Positions 1 through 5,879 of a stretch of DNA of 56,825 nt are shown piece after piece; position 1 is the stretch's first letter, and the number at the start of each line of letters is the position of its first letter. Below the pieces are notes generated by a model. The model saw only the letters and a program-made list of their open reading frames with translations. It searched no databases and was not told the DNA's origin. This stretch comes from a virus (taxonomy: Duplodnaviria > Caudoviricetes). The DNA is taken from IMG/VR virus record IMGVR_UViG_3300032323_001295, positions 1-56,825 of that record; one strand, 5' to 3'. A program made the translations under genes and the position numbers.

Positions 1-23
1 CACAACTTACAAATTCATTTTGT

Positions 24-97
24 TGGGGGTTAGTTAAATGGTATAACCACGGATTTTGATTCCGTTATTAAAGGTTCGATTCCTTTACCCTCTGCCA
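24..97 (+). tRNA. tRNA-Gln(TTG)
   Basis: Cloverleaf; anticodon arm ACGGA-TTTTGAT-TCCGT; T-loop TTCGATT; encoded CCA. Confidence 0.93.
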
Positions 98-98
98 T

Positions 99-172
99 GC
101 TCTTGTAGTTAAATGGTATAACACATTCTTGGTAAGAATGAATTTCAAGTTCAATTCTTGGCTAGAGCACCA
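99..172 (+). tRNA. tRNA-Thr(GGT)
   Basis: Anticodon arm CATTC-TTGGTAA-GAATG; T-loop TTCAATT; CCA end. Confidence 0.9.
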
Positions 173-176
173 ATTT

Positions 177-251
177 CGGTCCGTAGCTCAGCGGAAGAGT
201 TCTGGTCTTCGAAACCAGCTGTCGGGAGTTCGAATCTCTCCGGACCGGCCA
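177..251 (+). tRNA. tRNA-Arg(TCG)
   Basis: Acceptor CGGTCCG/CGGACCG; anticodon arm CTGGT-CTTCGAA-ACCAG; TTCGAAT; CCA. Confidence 0.93.
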
Positions 252-253
252 TG

Positions 254-282
254 TTGACACAGACACATAATGGATATATAAT
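254..282 (+). promoter_or_regulatory. sigma70-type promoter (TTGACA-17-TATAAT); predicted start site coincides with ATG 289 (leaderless)
   Basis: TTGACA 254-259, TATAAT 277-282, 17-bp spacer. Confidence 0.85.
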
Positions 283-288
283 AGCAGT

Positions 289-507
289 ATGTATAAAGTT
301 GAATATAAAGACACAGCGGGTAGAGGTTGTGTGGAAGAAGTAAAGAATCTATCAGAGGCTATAACATTAGCCACTGGATTGGGAATACCTGTTACTATTA
401 ACGGTGACGGCATCGTATTAGTAGGAACTTTTGGTTCTGCAGGAATCGAGAATGGAAGATTGCCAAACGGCGATCCTTATACATGGTACAAAAGAAGAAA
501 ACCTTAG
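289..507 (+). CDS. hypothetical protein (72 aa)
   Basis: ORF directly downstream of a consensus promoter; abuts infA. Confidence 0.75.
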   Translation: MYKVEYKDTAGRGCVEEVKNLSEAITLATGLGIPVTINGDGIVLVGTFGSAGIENGRLPNGDPYTWYKRRKP

Positions 508-508
508 T

Positions 509-727
509 ATGTCAAAAAACGATTTAATTGAACTTACCGGAACTGTTGACGAAGTTTTACCAGGTAGTATGTACAGAGTAAAACTAGACAACATGGCGAG
601 TACAATTACCTGCTATACCGGCGGTAAACTCAAACAGCATAAAATCAAAATTATCTTAGGTGATAAAGTCAAAGTCGAAGTCAGTGCCTACGATCTTACC
701 AAAGGTCGTGTCACATATCGTTTGTAA
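509..727 (+). CDS. infA: translation initiation factor IF-1
   Basis: MSKNDLIELTGTVDEVLPGSMYRVKLDN...GKLKQHKIKIILGDKVKVEVSAYDLTKGRVTYRL matches the bacterial IF-1 pattern; start reassigned to ATG 509. Confidence 0.95.
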   Translation: MSKNDLIELTGTVDEVLPGSMYRVKLDNMASTITCYTGGKLKQHKIKIILGDKVKVEVSAYDLTKGRVTYRL

Positions 728-736
728 GGAATAATC

Positions 737-1300
737 ATGAATCCGTGGATCCAAAACGTATCGCTCAGCGATGTACGTAAAGGGCATCATATTGATGCCG
801 GAATCAACTCGATGTTGATCCAGATAGTAGATCCCGCCATGGAGTTTCCTACACCTAGTTACAAGTTCAAGGAAATTCATCAGTTTGAGTTTCTTGACCT
901 TGAAAAGAACGATCACAGCATTGACGAAGATTGGAAGATCAGTGATGCACAGGCACAGCAACTTGTTGCCTTGTTACAGCGAGCATTTGACAATCGTATG
1001 AATGTTGTTGTTCATTGTGTAGCAGGTGTCTGTCGTTCAGGTGCTGTCTGCGAAGTTGGTGTAATGATGGGCTTTCGTGATACTGAAGCTTTTCGCTCAC
1101 CTAATTTGCTAGTCAAGCATAAAATGATGAAGTGCCTAGGATGGACCTACGATGAAAATGAGCCTCACACTATCAACGGTGTGACTCTACCCTCGGGCAT
1201 CGTAGTTCCACCTAAGTCTGTAGACTGGAATAACGACAACGAAAAAGTTTTTACACTTGCGGCAGAGCGTCGCGAACGTAGGCAGCAAACAGGAGAATAA
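737..1300 (+). CDS. protein-tyrosine/dual-specificity phosphatase-like protein
   Basis: P-loop HCVAGVCRS (HCxxGxxRS); RBS AAGGA. Confidence 0.8.
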   Translation: MNPWIQNVSLSDVRKGHHIDAGINSMLIQIVDPAMEFPTPSYKFKEIHQFEFLDLEKNDHSIDEDWKISDAQAQQLVALLQRAFDNRMNVVVHCVAGVCRSGAVCEVGVMMGFRDTEAFRSPNLLVKHKMMKCLGWTYDENEPHTINGVTLPSGIVVPPKSVDWNNDNEKVFTLAAERRERRQQTGE

Positions 1301-1301
1301 T

Positions 1302-1505
1302 ATGAAACCAATGACTTTTAAAAATCGTATGAATGGAGAGCGTTTTATCTGTGACGACGTCCGTACGGTCGAAGTCATTGATGGAGTAGAATATCTCATA
1401 GTTCATCGTCCTAATGAACATCGCGTGTTTAAGATGCGTAAAGATGTACTAGAAAAAGATACCGCGATAGTGAAAGGGAAATCACGAGACTTTGCGAAAG
1501 TCTAA
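1302..1505 (+). CDS. hypothetical protein (67 aa); 3' end overlaps tRNA-Arg(GCG)
   Basis: RBS AGGAG before ATG 1302. Confidence 0.65.
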   Translation: MKPMTFKNRMNGERFICDDVRTVEVIDGVEYLIVHRPNEHRVFKMRKDVLEKDTAIVKGKSRDFAKV

Positions 1506-1535
1506 GTTCACGTTCGACTCGTGATCGCGGTGCCA
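1461..1535 (+). tRNA. tRNA-Arg(GCG)
   Basis: Acceptor ACCGCGA/TCGCGGT; anticodon arm AGACT-TTGCGAA-AGTCT; T arm TCACG-TTCGACT-CGTGA; GCCA end. Confidence 0.85.
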
Positions 1536-1540
1536 ACTAT

Positions 1541-1616
1541 GGTGTTCTTAGTGTAGTGGCCTGCACACTAGTCTGTGAAACTGGAAGTACGAGATCGATA
1601 CTCGTAGAACACCCCA
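1541..1616 (+). tRNA. tRNA-His(GTG) with encoded G-1
   Basis: G-1:C73 pair; anticodon arm CTAGT-CTGTGAA-ACTGG; atypical T-loop ATCGATA; CCA. Confidence 0.88.
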
Positions 1617-1619
1617 AAT

Positions 1620-1695
1620 GCCGCTTTAGCTGATGTGGTCATAGCACCGGTTTGAAGCACCGAGGAATGAGGTTCGATCCCTCAAGGCGGCACCA
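1620..1695 (+). tRNA. tRNA-Phe(GAA)
   Basis: Anticodon loop TTGAAGC; T arm TGAGG-TTCGATC-CCTCA; ACCA. Confidence 0.88.
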
Positions 1696-1700
1696 AATAT

Positions 1701-1785
1701 GCCCGGGTGGTGGAATGGTAGACACAGGAGACTTAAAATCTCCCGCCGAATAGGCGTGCCGGTTCGAGTCCGGCCCCGGGTACCA
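1701..1785 (+). tRNA. tRNA-Leu(TAA)
   Basis: Anticodon arm GGAGA-CTTAAAA-TCTCC; long variable arm; ACCA. Confidence 0.95.
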
Positions 1786-1788
1786 TTT

Positions 1789-1864
1789 CCGGCCGTAGTC
1801 TAAAGGATAGGCAACACTCTTCTAAAGTGTTATAATGTAGGTTCGAGTCCTACCGGCCGGGCCA
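1789..1864 (+). tRNA. tRNA-Arg(TCT)
   Basis: Acceptor CCGGCCG/CGGCCGG; ACACT-CTTCTAA-AGTGT; GCCA. Confidence 0.93.
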
Positions 1865-1866
1865 AT

Positions 1867-1943
1867 GCCTATGTGGCGCAATTGGTAGACGCACTATCTT
1901 GAGGGGATAGAAAGTGTGAGTTCAAATCTCACCATAGGTACCA
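1867..1943 (+). tRNA. tRNA-Leu(GAG), short variable loop
   Basis: CTATC-TTGAGGG-GATAG; Leu-type D loop TGGTAGAC; variable region only AAAGT; ACCA. Confidence 0.83.
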
Positions 1944-1964
1944 AATTAAAAAGTAAATATCTTC

Positions 1965-2633
1965 ATGCTAAATGTAACCTACGGATCACAGTTAAAAAGT
2001 CGAGAACAGATATTGTCATTTGTTCTAAACCAAAAAAGTGTCAACCCGAATTATCGAGTAATCGACATCGGCGGAAGTGCATTTTCCTGGACTGGTGAAA
2101 TCGCAGATGTTATCGTCGATATAAATTCTTCCAGACCTCAGGATTTTAAGTTTAATATCTCCAACGATTGGGAATGGAAAGATTTGCTAGAATATGTTGA
2201 ACAGAATGGCAAATTTGATTATGCTATCTGTACACACACTTTAGAAGATATAATCCATCCTACAACAGCATTAAGAAATTTATCAAAAGTTTCTAAGGCA
2301 GGCATAATCACTATGCCAACCGTTAATGCTGAATTATCTAGGATAGAAAACAAACAATGGTTAGGTTACATACATCATAGACACTTATTCGATTATGATA
2401 ACGATACAATAGTTTACGCATCAAAATTATCATTTATGGAATCTATGCTGCCAGAAGGTTTTCAAGAGCAAGATATGTACAGAGAAATTAGATTTCAATG
2501 GCAAGATGATATAAAATTTAAATCATTCATGGATGATTATCTAGGTCCTGATGCCACAACTTTGATGAATAATTATCGTGATTTTGTTTTCGAATCTATC
2601 CGTAAATCACAAAATACTGTTGACACAGTATAA
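1965..2633 (+). CDS. class I SAM-dependent methyltransferase
   Basis: Motif I VIDIGGS; KFDYAICTHTLED (motif IV-like); TAAATA 5 nt upstream of ATG. Confidence 0.75.
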   Translation: MLNVTYGSQLKSREQILSFVLNQKSVNPNYRVIDIGGSAFSWTGEIADVIVDINSSRPQDFKFNISNDWEWKDLLEYVEQNGKFDYAICTHTLEDIIHPTTALRNLSKVSKAGIITMPTVNAELSRIENKQWLGYIHHRHLFDYDNDTIVYASKLSFMESMLPEGFQEQDMYREIRFQWQDDIKFKSFMDDYLGPDATTLMNNYRDFVFESIRKSQNTVDTV

Positions 2634-2648
2634 AAAACTAAGTAAAAT
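2620..2648 (+). promoter_or_regulatory. sigma70-type promoter for tRNA-Leu/Ser
   Basis: TTGACA 2620-2625, TAAAAT 2643-2648, 17-bp spacer. Confidence 0.75.
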
Positions 2649-2656
2649 AGAATTAT

Positions 2657-2740
2657 GCCCCGATGGTGGAATGGTAGACACGCTGGTCTTAGAAGCCAGT
2701 GCCGAAAGGCGTGAGAGTTCGAGTCTCTCTTGGGGCACCA
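2657..2740 (+). tRNA. tRNA-Leu(TAG)
   Basis: CTGGT-CTTAGAA-GCCAG; variable arm GCC-GAAA-GGC; ACCA. Confidence 0.95.
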
Positions 2741-2747
2741 AAAATTT

Positions 2748-2842
2748 GGTGAGCTGGCCGAGTTGGTCGAAGGCACTTTCCTGCTAAGAAAGCATACGGG
2801 CCAAAACCTGTATCAAGAGTTCGAATCTCTTGCTCACCGCCA
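2748..2842 (+). tRNA. tRNA-Ser(GCT)
   Basis: CTTTC-CTGCTAA-GAAAG; long variable arm; G73-CCA. Confidence 0.95.
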
Positions 2843-2866
2843 ATGACAACTTAGGAGATTACTAGC

Positions 2867-3055
2867 ATGGCAAAAGGTGCCGGTGGTAAAGTAGTTAAAA
2901 CAGCAAATCCGATGCTGACAAAAAACGGTAAGGCAAGATTAGGTCCTTTGAACCTAGCACAGTTAACAGACATGTTAGAAAAAACCAGTCGTGCTAAAGA
3001 CAAGGGCAAAATTAGAAATCGTATTAAAGAATTAGAATCTAGAGTAAAAGGATAA
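2867..3055 (+). CDS. small basic hypothetical protein
   Basis: RBS AGGAG; K/R-rich 62 aa. Confidence 0.75.
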   Translation: MAKGAGGKVVKTANPMLTKNGKARLGPLNLAQLTDMLEKTSRAKDKGKIRNRIKELESRVKG

Positions 3056-3058
3056 TAA

Positions 3059-3241
3059 ATGTTAAAACCCACAGCAAACTACAGAATGAGCAAAACAACC
3101 AAAGCCAGTCTTGCTCTTGGAAAGTTTCGTGATGTACACGATCGTGCCGCATGGAAGCGCAGTATGATACAAGCAGAATTATCTGCCGCTATTCAACCTA
3201 AGCGCGAAAAGGTTCGTAGGGAACCAACGGAAAATAATTAA
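3059..3241 (+). CDS. hypothetical protein (60 aa)
   Basis: RBS AAGGA; operon spacing. Confidence 0.7.
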   Translation: MLKPTANYRMSKTTKASLALGKFRDVHDRAAWKRSMIQAELSAAIQPKREKVRREPTENN

Positions 3242-3252
3242 AGGAAAATAAC

Positions 3253-3522
3253 ATGCAGGTCAGAGCAAGTCATATTTTAGTACAGAGTTTACAAGAAGCA
3301 CAGATCCTACAAAATCAACTTTCCGCAGGTGTGGGATTTGATGAATTGGCGATCCAACACAGCAAATGCCCTAGCGGTAAGAATGGTGGGGATTTAGGTT
3401 TCTTCGGTCGCGGACAGATGGTTAAGCCATTTGAAGATGCTGCTTTTGGTTTAGAAGTTGGCTCATTGAGCGAACCTGTTCAAACACAGTTTGGTTATCA
3501 TCTTGTAAAAAGAACAGCCTAA
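3253..3522 (+). CDS. ppiC: parvulin-type peptidyl-prolyl isomerase
   Basis: RASHILV...FDELA...S.CPSG..GGDLGFFGRGQMVKPFE.AAF...PVQTQFGYHLV. Confidence 0.95.
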   Translation: MQVRASHILVQSLQEAQILQNQLSAGVGFDELAIQHSKCPSGKNGGDLGFFGRGQMVKPFEDAAFGLEVGSLSEPVQTQFGYHLVKRTA

Positions 3523-3526
3523 GTAG

Positions 3527-3554
3527 TTGACAAAAGAATTAAAGAGTATATAAT
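3527..3554 (+). promoter_or_regulatory. sigma70-type promoter
   Basis: TTGACA 3527-3532, TATAAT 3549-3554 (16-bp spacer). Confidence 0.7.
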
Positions 3555-3560
3555 TGTTTT

Positions 3561-3820
3561 GTTGCGGTAGAAATACTGCAACCGGCGATGTAAGGGGTAG
3601 ATGAGGATAGACGCCGTTATCGCTTCATGCGATGACAAACTTAATCTGGCAAGACGCTTGAAACGTCTCCGTGCTTGAGTGAACCGATTCCTATATACCT
3701 GTCAATTGCTGATCGGAAATATTCAGGCCTCTGTAGCCTGTCTATTGCACGTTGTCAAAGGGTGGATTTATGAAACCCTGCCTGTCAATTGTCCGGTCTA
3801 TTACTTGACCCTTTACGGAC
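3561..3820 (+). ncRNA. putative structured ncRNA/leader upstream of rpoZ (unidentified)
   Basis: 9-bp GAAA hairpin at the predicted start site, several hairpins, long-range pair 3590-3598/3808-3816, repeated CCTGTC(A/T)ATTG. Confidence 0.55.
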
Positions 3821-3842
3821 CCGTTATTATAAAGGATGCGAG

Positions 3843-4055
3843 ATGGCTAGAATTACTTCACAAAAAGCAGCAAACATGGTAGGCAATCAATTCGACCTAG
3901 TTCTAGTCGCTAGTCAAAGGGCAAGAGAAATTAAAAGAGGATCACTGTCGAAGGTTGGTAACGAAAACGGACCAATCGTATCGGCACTAAAAGAAATTGA
4001 AGAAGGTCTTTATACCAAGGAAGACTATCTTAAAACAGTAAAAGGCAAAAGATGA
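3843..4055 (+). CDS. rpoZ: RNA polymerase omega subunit homolog
   Basis: MARITSQKAANMVGNQFDLVLVASQRAREI...ALKEIEEG closely parallels proteobacterial RpoZ (MARVT...GNRFDLVLVAARRARQ...ALREIEEG); start reassigned to 3843. Confidence 0.9.
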   Translation: MARITSQKAANMVGNQFDLVLVASQRAREIKRGSLSKVGNENGPIVSALKEIEEGLYTKEDYLKTVKGKR

Positions 4056-4624
4056 ACATCACATTAAGAAAAGCAAACGCAGTACAAAATAGCATCAATG
4101 ATGCGATCCGTGGTATTAAGATTAATACATCGGTAGAACTTAACGAATTCCAAGATCCTGCTGTGGAATTGAAGAAAGCTAACGATGCTCTCTTTGCAGC
4201 AGATAGCCGTAGACAGAGACTGTTGTTGGCCTTGTATAATATCCGAGGTCTTGTAGGTACTGCCAACGCTAGCTCTGGCATTGATTTGAATCTAGCAAAG
4301 GCAGCGTTCTTAGATAAAAGAATCTCTCAATTAGAAGAGATCGCTTCTCTCAAAGAACACACTGAGCTACAGGTTATCTCTGGAAAACTAGAGAAGATTA
4401 AAAACCTCAAAGATGAAGCTCGCAGCCGCATCTATGGTTATGGTGATACTGTAAGCACCACAGTGGTTAGCAAAGAGCAAATTGAGCAGGCTAAATCAGA
4501 GATTTTGAATCTGCGTAAACAGAAACAAAAAATCAACGACGAAGTTCTCGAGTTGAACATCAAAACTGAGATTCCACTCAGTGACGACACAGTAGCACTT
4601 CTTCAATCAGAAGGACTGCTGTAA
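4052..4624 (+). CDS. hypothetical coiled-coil protein
   Basis: 190 aa ORF, ATGA overlap with rpoZ. Confidence 0.85.
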   Translation: MNITLRKANAVQNSINDAIRGIKINTSVELNEFQDPAVELKKANDALFAADSRRQRLLLALYNIRGLVGTANASSGIDLNLAKAAFLDKRISQLEEIASLKEHTELQVISGKLEKIKNLKDEARSRIYGYGDTVSTTVVSKEQIEQAKSEILNLRKQKQKINDEVLELNIKTEIPLSDDTVALLQSEGLL

Positions 4625-4626
4625 CA

Positions 4627-4830
4627 GACCCCGGGGTCCCTTCCTCGTTATTAAAGGGGGTAATTGGCTTCACCAGAATGCCAGGGTACAAACGGTAACG
4701 ACCCCAAGGCCCTCTTTAGGGGCGACTTGAGACACCGTGGCGGCAGAAGTAGAACTGACGACAAAGATGCAAATACTAACGGACAGGGTAACCACTCAGT
4801 CTAGGGCGGAACAGGGAACCGTAGCTAGAC
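4627..4830 (+). ncRNA. GC-rich structured intergenic RNA; 5' part has HDV-like pseudoknot topology
   Basis: GGGGTC/GACCCC, CCT-TCCTCG..-AGG, ACGGT/ACCGT, GTCTAG/CTAGAC stems. Confidence 0.45.
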
Positions 4831-4832
4831 AC

Positions 4833-4941
4833 TTTTAAAGAGTAGATTGACAAGATTTTAACACTCCGGCAAGAGTAACATTATCAAGTCGATTTGCCGA
4901 TCGAGGGGCCCTATAATTTCCCTTCAGTCTACTCCTTAAAA
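4833..4941 (+). ncRNA. putative kissing-loop structured RNA (unidentified)
   Basis: 18-bp closing stem 4833-4850/4924-4941 (one mismatch, one G-U); two inner hairpins with complementary loops CGGCAA and TTGCCG. Confidence 0.6.
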
Positions 4942-4947
4942 TTTTGA

Positions 4948-5024
4948 CGCGGTGTATGGAAGTGGTCTATCCGCTTGGTCTCATAAGCCAAGAATCGTTG
5001 GTTCGAATCCAACCTCCGCAACCA
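4948..5024 (+). tRNA. tRNA-Met(CAT), initiator-like
   Basis: C1:A72 mismatch; anticodon loop CTCATAA; ACCA. Confidence 0.88.
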
Positions 5025-5031
5025 AAACAAT

Positions 5032-5104
5032 GCGGGTATTCTCCTGGGAGAGGACTTAGCCTTCCAAGCTAATGAAGCCGGTTCGAATCCGACTACCCGC
5101 TCCA
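5032..5104 (+). tRNA. tRNA-Gly(TCC)
   Basis: Acceptor GCGGGTA/TACCCGC; TTAGC-CTTCCAA-GCTAA; U73-CCA. Confidence 0.92.
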
Positions 5105-5112
5105 AATTTCGC

Positions 5113-5141
5113 TTGACATTTTGAGCGTCCTGTAGTACAAT
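5113..5141 (+). promoter_or_regulatory. sigma70-type promoter
   Basis: TTGACA 5113-5118, TACAAT 5136-5141, 17-bp spacer. Confidence 0.8.
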
Positions 5142-5163
5142 ATAACAAATAAAGGAGAGCACT

Positions 5164-5766
5164 ATGCCTAGCGTATTTTTAGTCAGTGATACGCACTTCG
5201 GCCACGCAGGCGTGTGCCGATTTTTGCGTGAAGATGGTACCAAATTAAGACCCTGGACTGATCCAGCAGAAATGGATGAAGCTATGGTCAAAGCCTGGAA
5301 CGAGCGTGTTAAGCCCACGGACAAGGTCTATCATTTAGGCGATGTTGTAATCAACAGACGAGCGTTGGCAACATTAGGTCGCTTAAACGGTGACAAAGTA
5401 TTGATCCGTGGAAACCATGACATTTTTCCAGATACTGAGTATCGCCAATACTTCCGTGAGTTACGTGCATACCACGTTATGAACGGAATGATATTAAGCC
5501 ATATTCCGTTACATGAAGCTTCGTTGGGCCGTTTTGGAACAAACATTCACGGACATTTACATGCTAGTCGTGTAAAAAAAGCCCGTGGAGTTGATGCTAA
5601 GACTGGTGCTATATTATACAGCGATGAAATCGATACTAGATATCATTGCGTATGCGTAGAACAAACTCCAGACTTTGCGCCTATCTTATTTGAAGATGTT
5701 ATCAAAAACATTGAAGCAGAAGGTGGTGAAGTAGGGTTTAGGAACGGCAACGGACCTACAATGTGA
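5164..5766 (+). CDS. calcineurin-like metallophosphoesterase
   Basis: DTHFGH, HLGD, GNHD, SHIP, HGHLH motifs. Confidence 0.9.
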   Translation: MPSVFLVSDTHFGHAGVCRFLREDGTKLRPWTDPAEMDEAMVKAWNERVKPTDKVYHLGDVVINRRALATLGRLNGDKVLIRGNHDIFPDTEYRQYFRELRAYHVMNGMILSHIPLHEASLGRFGTNIHGHLHASRVKKARGVDAKTGAILYSDEIDTRYHCVCVEQTPDFAPILFEDVIKNIEAEGGEVGFRNGNGPTM

Positions 5767-5783
5767 CATTATCTACGTAGTTT

Positions 5784-5811
5784 ATAGGGCTCTTCGGAGC
5801 CCTATTTTTTT
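5784..5811 (+). terminator. Rho-independent terminator
   Basis: ATAGGGCTC-TTCG-GAGCCCTAT followed by a T run. Confidence 0.9.
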
Positions 5812-5879
5812 GATTCTACGTTCTGGAACTACTGGCATAAATACATTGAAATAGGATTTTTTGTCCAGGAGTTTAAAAC

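Noticed and set aside
158-413. ORFs overlapping tRNAs (158-343, 162-413; similarly 2573-2787, 4929-5324)
   Set aside because: Shadow frames of tRNA genes without RBS or protein motifs
3602-3650. RNase P-like GAGGA(T)AG start of the 3561-3820 RNA
   Set aside because: The conserved 3' P4 partner (ACAGAA..CGGCUUA) is absent
3700-3788. Minus-strand promoters from three TTGACA boxes
   Set aside because: No -10 hexamer at 16-18 bp spacing where checked
3698-3803. CRISPR or guide-array interpretation of the CCTGTC(A/T)ATTG repeats
   Set aside because: Repeats are only 11 nt, degenerate, irregularly spaced (39, 44, 12 nt), and no cas or effector gene is recognisable in the window
4754-4778. Hammerhead-like CTGACGA core
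   Set aside because: Followed by CAAA rather than GAAA, and stems I-III cannot be built convincingly
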